This document shows, one piece after another, positions 1 through 7,953 of a stretch of DNA of 32,000 nucleotides. The DNA is from Ktedonobacterales bacterium (GTDB lineage Bacteria > Chloroflexota > Ktedonobacteria > Ktedonobacterales > JADMIN01). How positions within the stretch are numbered: position 1 is the stretch's first letter; every line of letters begins with the position of its first letter. The notes below the pieces were generated by a model. It did no database searches. It was not told the DNA's origin and saw only the letters and a list, made by a program, of their open reading frames with translations. The stretch spans positions 3,930,001 to 3,962,000 of the forward strand of contig CP126532.1 in NCBI GenBank assembly GCA_030167145.1. Reading direction: 5' to 3'. Made by a program: the position numbers and the translations under genes.

Positions 1-885
1 CGCGAAATATGTCCGGCTCTTCGCCGTCCACGGACGCAACCCCTCGCTCACCGCCCGCCGTGCGTTCGGATGCGCGTCCGCGAGCCAGCCATCAATCACC
101 GGCAACGCCGTCTCGTAGTCCACCGCCGTACAGTAGGCATTGAACGCCTGAGCCAGCGCCTCCTGCACCTCCCAATCGGGATCCGGCACGACCCGTTCGA
201 GCAATATATCCAGATTGCCAGGTCGCGCGTCACTGGTGAAGCCGAGCAGATAGACCGCCAGCATTCTTCGCTTGGCTTCCGCCGCGTCCAGCAGTGGCAG
301 CGCCGCCGCAACTACGTCATCCCGTAGCTCGGACGCGGCAAGCTCGCGCGCCAGTGTCCGCACCTGCGACCAGTTCAGCCCATCCAGCGATGGTATCGGT
401 TGCATGCGTTGCCCCTCACCCTCTGCATCCTGATCATCATCATCATCATCATCATCCGGCATCAAAACAAGGATTGAGACATTGATGGAAAGGCCAGCAT
501 CGCCTGCTGCCGCGACCAACTCTTCAGGCAAGGTCAATCCACCGTCTTCTTCCTCTCGGATCGTGCTGATGTACAGTTGGCGGTCGCACTGCGAACGGTC
601 AAGATTGGCGAGCATAGGGGCAAGCTGTTGAAGTACCGTAGTAGCGTTTGCAAGCTGGCGATCCTCTTCTGCAAAGATCGTCTCTCGGTCATCAAAAGAG
701 TACAGAGCGCCACGCTCCCACTTCGCCAATTGTAGTAGCAGAACATTAGCGGGCTGGACTCGCCGCCGTCGGTAGCGTTCCCCACGCCTTCGTAGCTCGA
801 ACGGCAGCCCCTCCATCGCATGAGCAGCGTTCTCCAGCACATCTAGCTCGCCTATCAAACGCAACGATATATCAAAGTGGCTCAT
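1..885 (-). CDS. Partial CDS (C-terminus lies beyond window start): N-terminal DUF4279-like region, poly-Asp linker, HEAT-like / DNA-alkylation-repair-like repeats
   Basis: Hand translation of the minus strand from ATG at 885 is open to position 1, with an in-frame stop upstream at 922-924. It is absent from the ORF track because it has no stop in the window. The product runs MSHFDISLRLIGELD...GLSINVSILVLMP-DDDDDDDD-QDAEGEG...DPDWEVQEALAQAF...WLADAHPNARRAVSEGLRPW. The last motifs resemble AlkD-like HEAT repeats. The domain names are tentative. Confidence 0.6.
   Translation of the reverse strand, partial: MSHFDISLRLIGELDVLENAAHAMEGLPFELRRRGERYRRRRVQPANVLLLQLAKWERGALYSFDDRETIFAEEDRQLANATTVLQQLAPMLANLDRSQCDRQLYISTIREEEDGGLTLPEELVAAAGDAGLSINVSILVLMPDDDDDDDDQDAEGEGQRMQPIPSLDGLNWSQVRTLARELAASELRDDVVAAALPLLDAAEAKRRMLAVYLLGFTSDARPGNLDILLERVVPDPDWEVQEALAQAFNAYCTAVDYETALPVIDGWLADAHPNARRAVSEGLRPWTAKSRTYFA
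433..456. repeat. (ATC)8 trinucleotide microsatellite encoding Asp8 on the minus strand
   Basis: Eight perfect ATC units are seen directly. They are in frame as GAT codons within the 1-885 minus-strand CDS. On the plus strand they produce a spurious poly-His ORF (294-485). Confidence 0.95.
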
Positions 886-1024
886 ATCGTATACCCGCCT
901 TAATTTCTGCTGAAACTTTGCCTATTGAGCGCCACACGCGCCGCAATTGGGCGTACACTGGATAGTGGGGACACAAGCGGGCAACCCGCGCGACATGTTG
1001 CCCCCCACTAAAGGAGCTTACATC

Positions 1025-1711
1025 ATGCGAAAACGCATACTCTTCGCGCTCGGCGGCGCGGGCATCTTCGTCGTAGGGCTGCTCGCGGGCATGATCACCA
1101 CTGGCGGCTTCCCAGCCTTCGCCCAATCGGCGAACAGCGGCGCCTCCACCGCCAGCAAAGGCGACTACTGCGCGCTCTACATCCAGACGCTTGCCAGCGA
1201 CCTGAAGGTCTCGCAGAGCCAGTTGAGCGCCGCCAACCAGGATGCCGCCAAGAAGGTCATCGAGCAGATGTACGCTGACGGCAAGATCACCGCCGACCAG
1301 AAGAACCGCCTCGAAGGGCGGCTCGGCAAATTGAGCGATCACCCTTGCGCGTTCGTCAAACAGGCCTTCGCGCATCGCGGTGGGGCCACGGCCGCGCTGA
1401 AGGGCGCGCACCAGCAGATCGAAACCGCCGTCGCGGGCGCACTGAATGTGTCAGTCACCACGCTCGAATCCGACCTCGCCGCTGGCCAGACGATTGCCCA
1501 GATCGCGCAGGCGCAGAAGGTGGACATCAACACCGTCAACACCGCCTACCTCAACGCTGTGAAGACGCAACTTGCCCAGGCCGTCAGCAGCGGCGCGCTC
1601 ACCCAGGCGCAGTCCGACACGTTCTACAGCCGCATCCAGCAGGCCGTCACGTCCGGACACTACCCGCTGCTCGAGCGCCACGGTAAGGCGTCCACCGCCC
1701 CCGCCGCCTAA
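1025..1711 (+). CDS. Secreted or membrane-anchored helical-repeat protein of unknown function
   Basis: An internal ATG at 1025 in the track ORF 947-1711 follows AAGGAG (1011-1016). The N-terminus MRKRILFALGGAGIFVVGLLAGMITTGGFPAFAQS looks like a signal peptide or anchor. The rest is Ala/Gln-rich with two loosely repeated helical modules. Confidence 0.7.
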   Translation: MRKRILFALGGAGIFVVGLLAGMITTGGFPAFAQSANSGASTASKGDYCALYIQTLASDLKVSQSQLSAANQDAAKKVIEQMYADGKITADQKNRLEGRLGKLSDHPCAFVKQAFAHRGGATAALKGAHQQIETAVAGALNVSVTTLESDLAAGQTIAQIAQAQKVDINTVNTAYLNAVKTQLAQAVSSGALTQAQSDTFYSRIQQAVTSGHYPLLERHGKASTAPAA

Positions 1712-1732
1712 GCCAATCTCTCATCAACATAC

Positions 1733-1769
1733 ATGCCCCTCGGCCAGCACAAATACTGGCGAGGGGCAT
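1733..1769. terminator. Hairpin between convergent genes (candidate bidirectional terminator)
   Basis: ATGCCCCTCG(G)CCAG - 8 nt loop - CTGGCGAGGGGCAT gives a 14-bp stem with one bulge. It lies between the + gene ending at 1711 and the - gene ending at 1807 and is followed by a moderately T-rich tract. Confidence 0.6.
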
Positions 1770-1806
1770 ATCCGTATTCTTATGAGGTTCATCCATTGCT
1801 CAGCGC

Positions 1807-2193
1807 TCAGCGCCGGAAGAGCCGGTCGTAATGCTCTCCCACAATTTCAGAGGGGAATAAGCGCAGCAAATTGAACGCCGCCACGCTCAGCGCCACCCAG
1901 TCAATCGTCGCATCCACCGGCAGCCCCATGATATCGAACGCCCAGCCGACGCCAGGAATACCCAACCCCAGCATCTCGGCTGCCGCTTCCGGGAAAAACA
2001 ATGCCGCCACCAACGCCAGAATACAGGTCACGAAGAACGCCTTCGAGAGCCAGTGGACCCGCGCATCTGAGAGAACTGAGCCGACCAGTGTGAATGTCTT
2101 CGGCACATGGAACAGCATGGCTAGTGGGTTTGGCTTGCTGGTCGTTCCAGCGGTTGTTCCGTCTCGGGGTGGCGTCTTCGTGGCGTTCGGCAT
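1807..2193 (-). CDS. Small integral membrane protein, unknown function
   Basis: 128-aa ORF. GGAGG lies about 11 nt upstream of the ATG. There are at least two hydrophobic segments (FFVTCILALVAALFF, WVALSVAAFNLL). No family was recognised with confidence. Confidence 0.55.
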   Translation of the reverse strand: MPNATKTPPRDGTTAGTTSKPNPLAMLFHVPKTFTLVGSVLSDARVHWLSKAFFVTCILALVAALFFPEAAAEMLGLGIPGVGWAFDIMGLPVDATIDWVALSVAAFNLLRLFPSEIVGEHYDRLFRR

Positions 2194-2515
2194 GGTGATG
2201 AATACCTCCGCTAGTCAGGAGCGCATGTCATGGGCTATCCGCGAATCTGCGCGCCAGTCATCTCGATGCGACACGACGGACAATTCCGCCACAGCGCCCA
2301 CACATGCATGTAAGTGGCATCTCTGCGACGCGAGCGTGATTGCGCTATGCCGTGCCGCGATGCTCATCCGCGTTATGGATAGTACGCCCTTCCTATCCAA
2401 AAGTTGTACAGAACGGCCATACAGGCGATAGCGCGCAAAACAGGAGCGGCGCCACTCTCCCTCCGTGTGCCAGAAGAAGAACGACGCCGCTCTGCGCCAT
2501 GGGATGTGAGAAGCG

Positions 2516-3898
2516 TTAGACGCTGGCGATGGAATGGGCAGCCGCATTGCCCCAGCGATTCACCGTGAGGGTGGACCCCGCGGGACCAAAGAAGCTGTTG
2601 CCCAGATCGAACGACCCCCAGCCCGTCACGGCATCCCACCCAGGGCGGGTGTTGTAGCCATTGACGCCGTCAAACGTATTGTTACCGGAGGTGATGTCGT
2701 GGAAGAAGCCGCCCGCAGCCGCGAAGCCGCGATACAGTGTGGTGTTGATGAAACCCTGGCGACCAAACGTCTGGTCAACCAGCGTCAGCATCGCGGCCCA
2801 CTGTGGCGAACCGGCGCTCGTGCCACCGAAGATGAAGACGAGGCCTGGGCCATAGCCCGACGAACCCCACACCGTCAGCACGCCGCCATTGACATCGCCG
2901 TTATAGGCCACGTCCGGCACTCCGCGCCAGTTGGAGCCAAGGTTCGATCCGGTCTGATAGTGCGGGCGCTTGTAGAGCGTGCTGAAGCCGCCGCCACTCG
3001 CACCGAACTGATCGTTCCACGCTGTCTCGCCAAGATATTTGCCGTAGCTCTGCGAGGCGTTGAGCGATGTCGCGCCGACGCCAGTCACCAGCGGATCGCT
3101 GGCAGGCGTGGAGGCGCTGAGGAACGCCGACGATCCATCACAGGTCGGCTGCGCAGCGCCGTCATCACCAGACGAAGCAAAAACCGTCATCCCTTGAGAT
3201 ACGGCCTGCTTGAAGACCTGGTGCTCCTGCGCCAGCAGGTTGGGATCAGCGCACGACTCGGCCTCGCCGAAGCTCTGCGAAATCACATCGCCGAGGTTGT
3301 GGTTCACCGCGTACTCAGTGACGCTCAGCAGATCCGTGTCGGCATTAGAGGGCGCCAGCACGAGGTCAATCGTTGCTAGCGGCGCGATGGCATGCGACCA
3401 CTCTACGTCGAGCGTGATCTCACCGGCCCAGCCGACCTGATTCGGGTCGTTGGGATCGAACGGCGTCAGGCCGTTGGGGGCGATGATGTTGAGTGTCGAG
3501 TTTTGCAGGCCAAACAGGTGATTGAATTGGCTCAGGTCCTGGGTGATCGTCGGGCTTTGATAGGCGTCAATAATGACAATAGTTTGCCCTTGACCCTGGA
3601 TGCCCTTCTTGAGCACGCGATTGATGTCATAGGCGGTGCGAATTTGCTGCGGCGAGTAACAGCGCACGGGCGCATTGTTTGCCTGGCAGCTAAACAATCC
3701 GCTCCCCGACGCTGGCTTCTGGTTCGGTAGCTTGATGTACGGCATATGGCTCTTGCTCAGATAGTGCGCCGTAAACGCCCTGGCGGCATGCGCTGAGCGC
3801 ACGCTGCTGAGCTGATAGAACGTCACACTGCCGATGCCGAGCAGCACCACTGCCGTGACAATCGAAGCGACGATGCCGATACGCTTCTTGTTGGTCAC
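2516..3898 (-). CDS. S53 (sedolisin/kumamolisin-like) serine-carboxyl peptidase with N-terminal membrane anchor
   Basis: 460 aa with N-terminal anchor IGIVASIVTAVVLLGIGSV. Sedolisin hallmarks are present: GEITLDVEW (Glu/Asp region), SSGDDGA, and the nucleophile motif GGTSAGSPQWAAM. Confidence 0.85.
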   Translation of the reverse strand: MTNKKRIGIVASIVTAVVLLGIGSVTFYQLSSVRSAHAARAFTAHYLSKSHMPYIKLPNQKPASGSGLFSCQANNAPVRCYSPQQIRTAYDINRVLKKGIQGQGQTIVIIDAYQSPTITQDLSQFNHLFGLQNSTLNIIAPNGLTPFDPNDPNQVGWAGEITLDVEWSHAIAPLATIDLVLAPSNADTDLLSVTEYAVNHNLGDVISQSFGEAESCADPNLLAQEHQVFKQAVSQGMTVFASSGDDGAAQPTCDGSSAFLSASTPASDPLVTGVGATSLNASQSYGKYLGETAWNDQFGASGGGFSTLYKRPHYQTGSNLGSNWRGVPDVAYNGDVNGGVLTVWGSSGYGPGLVFIFGGTSAGSPQWAAMLTLVDQTFGRQGFINTTLYRGFAAAGGFFHDITSGNNTFDGVNGYNTRPGWDAVTGWGSFDLGNSFFGPAGSTLTVNRWGNAAAHSIASV

Positions 3899-4136
3899 CA
3901 GGATGTCTCCTATTTCCCAAAAAACAACCGCAGATCCCCATGACCTGCTACCTTTTCAACGGGCAACCAGGCGCAAGTATCACGTGAAGAGGTAAAATTA
4001 GGTAGTATTACCTAGTCAAAATACACAGGAGTCACCACTCAGCAGGAAGTCGCTGTGTGCGACCGTGAAACGTAGAGGGAATGACCAGCCGCGTTCCGTC
4101 CATCCAACCGGCGCGACAGACCGCCGCGTTCCGGTG

Positions 4137-6044
4137 CTAGCTGGCGCTCGCGTCGGCAGGCGTGACGTGGAGGGTGCGCTCGCGTTCGTAGATCACCATG
4201 CCAGGGCCGCCGCCCTTCATGTGGCGCACGTACCGCTGCTCGGTATGATCTACCGGCACAGTGGTCGCCTCGCGCGCCTGGCTGTAGTACGCCGCGAGCG
4301 CCGCCGCCTCGCGCAGTGTCGTGTCGGGGGTGGGCCTGCCGCCCGACTTGATGATGACGTGCGCCCCTGGCACGCCGCGCGCATGCAGCCAGATGTCATT
4401 GGCGCGGCCCTCTCCGAAGGTCACCGCTTCGTTCTGGCGGCTGTTCTTGCCCACCAGCAGCGTAAAGCCGTCGGTCGAGGTACGCCGCAGTGGCGTGCCG
4501 CCCTCAGCGCCCCGGCGCGATTGCTGCCCTTTGCCGCCTTTTCCGCCCTTGCCGCCCTTGCCGCCCTTGGCCTGTTGCTTCTTCCCGCCGCCTTTGGCGT
4601 GGCCCCGCGCGTCAGCCTTCCCTTTACCGCGCAGATAGCCCGCCTCAACCACCTCCGCACGCACCTGTGTCACCTCGTCCGGAGTCTCGGCCAGCGCGAG
4701 ATCGGTGCGCAACTGCTCCAGGCGGCTCATCTCCAATTGATTCGCTTCGATCTGCGGCGGAATCTGTGCCCCCGCGCGCTGGAGCTTCGCGTAGCGCGCA
4801 TACTTGCGCGTGGCGTTCTCGACGGCGCTGAGCCGTGGATCGAGCGGAATGCTCAACATCTCTGGCTGATCCGCGCCATCGAATGGATTCACCATCTCAA
4901 AGGCGCTCGCTCCCGCCGGAACCTCCGTCTGAAACGCAAGCAGCGTATCCGCCTCAACCCGCAGTTGCCGCGCTTCGTCCAGCGCGCCTAGCTCAGCGTG
5001 CAGAGCCGTGTCTTTGCGCTGGCAGCGGTCCAGGTTCGTCTGCAACACGCGCCGCAGGTCGCCCTTCGCTCCATCAACGGCCCCGCGCCACTCCGCGTCG
5101 GCGTAATAGACCGCGAGCATCTCATCCACGCTCGCCATGTCGCGCAGCGTCGCCGCGCCGTATTGCACTGGACGGTAGACCGCGAATGCTATAGGTCGGC
5201 GCTCGTCCTCAGCGCCATAGACCAGTGTGGGATGCCAGTCCCGCGTTTCCGGCAATGCGGCAAGCGCACGTACCGTTTCTGCCAGCGCATCCCAATCCAG
5301 GTCCGTGGCTATGGGCAACTCCGCCGAGCCGAAGGCGCGCGCGCACGCCTCGCCCGCCAACTCGCGTCCGAAACCCGCCACATGCATCGCCAGCATGCCG
5401 CGCACGTCTGGCTGCCGTCCTTTGCGCCCGCCCTTTACCATTGTATCCGCATTCGTCGCAAGCAACTCCTCCGCCGCCTCGCGCAGTTCATCCAGTGTGA
5501 CACGCTCACCGTCTAGCCGGGGCAGCGTGGTCCCATGCAGGGTGCGCGTCTGCGGCGGGGGCGGCGTGTATGCCACATTCGGCGCGATCACACGATAGCG
5601 GTTGATCTGCGTGCCCACATGCCGCAGCGAGCCTAGGATCATCCCCGCATCGTCGCGCAGAATCAGGTTGCTCAGCTTGCCCATCAACTCGATTACCAGC
5701 CAGACCATCCCGCTCGCTGCGCTCTGGCGAAAGCCAATCTCGATCACGCGCTCCCAGCGGGGCTGGCGCAGATCCGTCACGCGCGTGCCCTCCAGATGCT
5801 TGCGCAGCAGCATGACGAAGGCCGGCGGCTCCAGCGTGAGCTTGCGCGGCTTGCCCGCGACGAAATGCACCCGCGCGAACTGCGCGTGCGCGGACGTGAG
5901 CAGCCAGCGTTTCTGCCCGCCGTTATAGCACTGAAGCGCGATAGCCTGCGGTGTCGGCTGGATCACGTCTTCGATCCGCGCGCCGAGCAGCGAGGGAGCG
6001 AATTCGTCGCGGAGCGCCGCGAGCGTGATGGCGTCTAGTTGCAC
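4137..6044 (-). CDS. rqcH: NFACT-family ribosome quality control protein RqcH (fibronectin-binding protein A-like) with DUF814/NFACT-R C-terminus
   Basis: 635 aa. The N-terminus MQLDAITLAALRDEF...RIEDVIQP...W.LLTSAHAQFARVHF is typical of NFACT-N. A central coiled-coil region follows. The C-terminus FTLLVGKNSRQNEAVTF...DIWLHARGVPGAHVII is the DUF814 signature. Confidence 0.85.
   Translation of the reverse strand: MQLDAITLAALRDEFAPSLLGARIEDVIQPTPQAIALQCYNGGQKRWLLTSAHAQFARVHFVAGKPRKLTLEPPAFVMLLRKHLEGTRVTDLRQPRWERVIEIGFRQSAASGMVWLVIELMGKLSNLILRDDAGMILGSLRHVGTQINRYRVIAPNVAYTPPPPQTRTLHGTTLPRLDGERVTLDELREAAEELLATNADTMVKGGRKGRQPDVRGMLAMHVAGFGRELAGEACARAFGSAELPIATDLDWDALAETVRALAALPETRDWHPTLVYGAEDERRPIAFAVYRPVQYGAATLRDMASVDEMLAVYYADAEWRGAVDGAKGDLRRVLQTNLDRCQRKDTALHAELGALDEARQLRVEADTLLAFQTEVPAGASAFEMVNPFDGADQPEMLSIPLDPRLSAVENATRKYARYAKLQRAGAQIPPQIEANQLEMSRLEQLRTDLALAETPDEVTQVRAEVVEAGYLRGKGKADARGHAKGGGKKQQAKGGKGGKGGKGGKGQQSRRGAEGGTPLRRTSTDGFTLLVGKNSRQNEAVTFGEGRANDIWLHARGVPGAHVIIKSGGRPTPDTTLREAAALAAYYSQAREATTVPVDHTEQRYVRHMKGGGPGMVIYERERTLHVTPADASAS
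4525..4572. repeat. Imperfect 9-bp tandem repeat (GCCCTTGCC-like) encoding a (GGK)n tract in RqcH
   Basis: The repeat is seen directly in the DNA. It translates on the minus strand to AKGGKGGKGGKGGKGQQ. Confidence 0.85.
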
Positions 6045-6103
6045 GATCGTTCCTCTCTTCCGGCGCGACGCGACACAAAGCGGGTTTGTAGTATATCATT
6101 AGA

Positions 6104-6811
6104 ATGGGCTTTGGCCAGGAACATGACGAGCGCACAAAGGTTGAAGAGGAGCTTTGGCAGGCCGTGAGTAGCATCAGCGATTCCCCAGCGATAGATATGG
6201 TAGCGGGCAAGCGCCTCCAGCGTTGCAGCCTCTTGCTTGTGTTGTCCGGCCCCTCTGGCGTCGGCAAAACTACGGTGACCAATGCGCTCGTTTCGGCGGG
6301 ATGGCAGGGATACGTCTGCGTCACCGTGACGACGCGCCGCCCACGCGAGGGTGAGATTGACGGCGTGCATTACCACTTCCGCACCACCCAGCAGTTTCAA
6401 GAGATGGCGCACGCTGGGGAATTGCTGGAGCATGCCGAGGTGCATGGCAACTGGTACGGCGTGCCCGCCTCACCCGTGCGCGAGCATCTGGCCGCCGGGC
6501 ATGATGTGATCTTGACGATTGATCCGCAGGGCGCGCAGACTATTCGCGGGCGCACGCGCGGAGCAATCTTCGTCTTCCTGGCGCCGGAAACACTGGATGA
6601 ACTGGTTGAGCGCGTGAATTCGCGCGGCCTGGACACGCCCGAACAGCGTGCGTTGCGGATGCTCAACGCCGAGCGCGAAATGGCCCAATTGCCGCAGTAT
6701 GACTACGTCATCGTCAACCGGCGCGATCAGCTCTCCGAGACACTCGAACAGTTCAAGGCGATTCTCCTGGCGGAGCATTGTCGCGTGGAGCCGCGCTGCC
6801 CAGAGGTCTAG
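6104..6811 (+). CDS. gmk: Guanylate kinase
   Basis: P-loop LVLSGPSGVGKTT, the TTRRPREGEIDGVHYHF motif, and EHAEVHGNWYG. The true start may be the internal ATG at 6197, since the N-terminal 31 aa of the track ORF are not Gmk-like. Confidence 0.9.
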   Translation: MGFGQEHDERTKVEEELWQAVSSISDSPAIDMVAGKRLQRCSLLLVLSGPSGVGKTTVTNALVSAGWQGYVCVTVTTRRPREGEIDGVHYHFRTTQQFQEMAHAGELLEHAEVHGNWYGVPASPVREHLAAGHDVILTIDPQGAQTIRGRTRGAIFVFLAPETLDELVERVNSRGLDTPEQRALRMLNAEREMAQLPQYDYVIVNRRDQLSETLEQFKAILLAEHCRVEPRCPEV

Positions 6812-6910
6812 TCGTCCAGCGCACGAGCGACGCCGGCAACGGAGCTGGCTTATCAATGCAGATATGGCCCGCTGAGTGGCCATGCTATAAGCGAACAAGG
6901 GAGGCGATTC

Positions 6911-7909
6911 GTGCAGGATAATGGTTTCGAGCGTGCGGGAACACGTGAACGCAATCTCGGCCTGGAGTTGGTGCGCGTGACCGAAGCAGCAGCCTACGCC
7001 GCCGCGCGCTTCATGGGGCGCGGCGACAAGGAGGCCGTTGACCAGGCGGCGGTGGATGCGATGCGCAGCGCGCTCGACGGCGTGGACATGGATGGCATCG
7101 TCGTCATCGGCGAGGGCGAGAAGGATGAGGCGCCGATGCTTTACATCGGCGAAAAGGTCGGCAACGGCCTCGCCCCAGAGGTGGATGTCGCGGTGGATCC
7201 GGTGGATGGCACGCGCCTGACCGCGCTCGGCCTCTCCGGCGCGATAGCCGTCGTCGCCACAGCAGATCGCGGCTCGATGTACGCCGCGCCACCGGGCGTA
7301 TTCTACATGAAGAAGCTTGCCGTCGGGCGTGCCGCCGCGCACGCGGTTGACCTCAACGCCTCAATTGCTGAGAATCTTACGCGCGTCGCCGAGGCCAAGA
7401 ATATGCCCGTCCACGATCTCACGGTGACGGTGCTCGACCGCCCGCGCCACAAAGAGATGATTGACGAGATTCGCGCGGCGGGCGCGCGCATCCGCTTGAT
7501 TACCGATGGCGATGTGATGGCGGCAATTCAGGCGGCGATGGAAGAATATACCGGCGTGGATGTCTACATGGGCACCGGCGGCGCGCCCGAAGCGGTGCTT
7601 GCGGCGGCGGCGCTGAAGTGTATTGGCGGCCAGATGCTCTGTCAGGTGTGGCCGCGTACCGACGAGGAGCGCGCGAAGATGGCTCAGGATGGCGTGGACA
7701 TGGAGCATGTCTACGGCGTGAATGAACTCATCACCAGCGACAACGTCTCGTTCGCCGCCACCGGCATCACCACCGGCGAACTGTTGCGCGGCGTGCGCTA
7801 TACCGTCGCTGGCGCGCGCACCCACTCCGTCATGATGCGCGCGCGCACCGGCACGGTGCGCTTCATCGAAGCCATCCACCGCTGGCAGCGCCACGAACCC
7901 ATCAGCTAA
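6911..7909 (+). CDS. glpX: Class II fructose-1,6-bisphosphatase (GlpX type)
   Basis: GTG start preceded by GGGAGG (6898-6903). The motifs LELVRVTEAAAYAAARFMGRGDKEAVDQAAVDAMR and VVIGEGEKDEAPMLYIGE are characteristic GlpX sequences. Confidence 0.92.
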   Translation: MQDNGFERAGTRERNLGLELVRVTEAAAYAAARFMGRGDKEAVDQAAVDAMRSALDGVDMDGIVVIGEGEKDEAPMLYIGEKVGNGLAPEVDVAVDPVDGTRLTALGLSGAIAVVATADRGSMYAAPPGVFYMKKLAVGRAAAHAVDLNASIAENLTRVAEAKNMPVHDLTVTVLDRPRHKEMIDEIRAAGARIRLITDGDVMAAIQAAMEEYTGVDVYMGTGGAPEAVLAAAALKCIGGQMLCQVWPRTDEERAKMAQDGVDMEHVYGVNELITSDNVSFAATGITTGELLRGVRYTVAGARTHSVMMRARTGTVRFIEAIHRWQRHEPIS

Positions 7910-7917
7910 GTTGCCTG

Positions 7918-7946
7918 GCCGCTTCCCAATCCCCATGGGAAGCGGC
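7918..7946. terminator. Perfect 10-bp hairpin between convergent glpX and comEC (candidate bidirectional terminator)
   Basis: GCCGCTTCCC - 9 nt - GGGAAGCGGC, seen directly. It is flanked by the glpX stop (7909) and the comEC stop (7954). Confidence 0.7.
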
Positions 7947-7953
7947 ATCTTCG

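Noticed and set aside
294-485. Plus-strand ORF with a His7 run (…HPDHHHHHHHPASK…)
   Set aside because: It is the antisense reading of the (GAT)8 Asp run in the much longer, protein-like minus-strand frame (1-885). The rest of its sequence is P/A/R-rich shadow sequence.
4065-4991. 308-aa plus-strand ORF opposite rqcH
   Set aside because: It has shadow-ORF composition, and rqcH on the minus strand is well supported.
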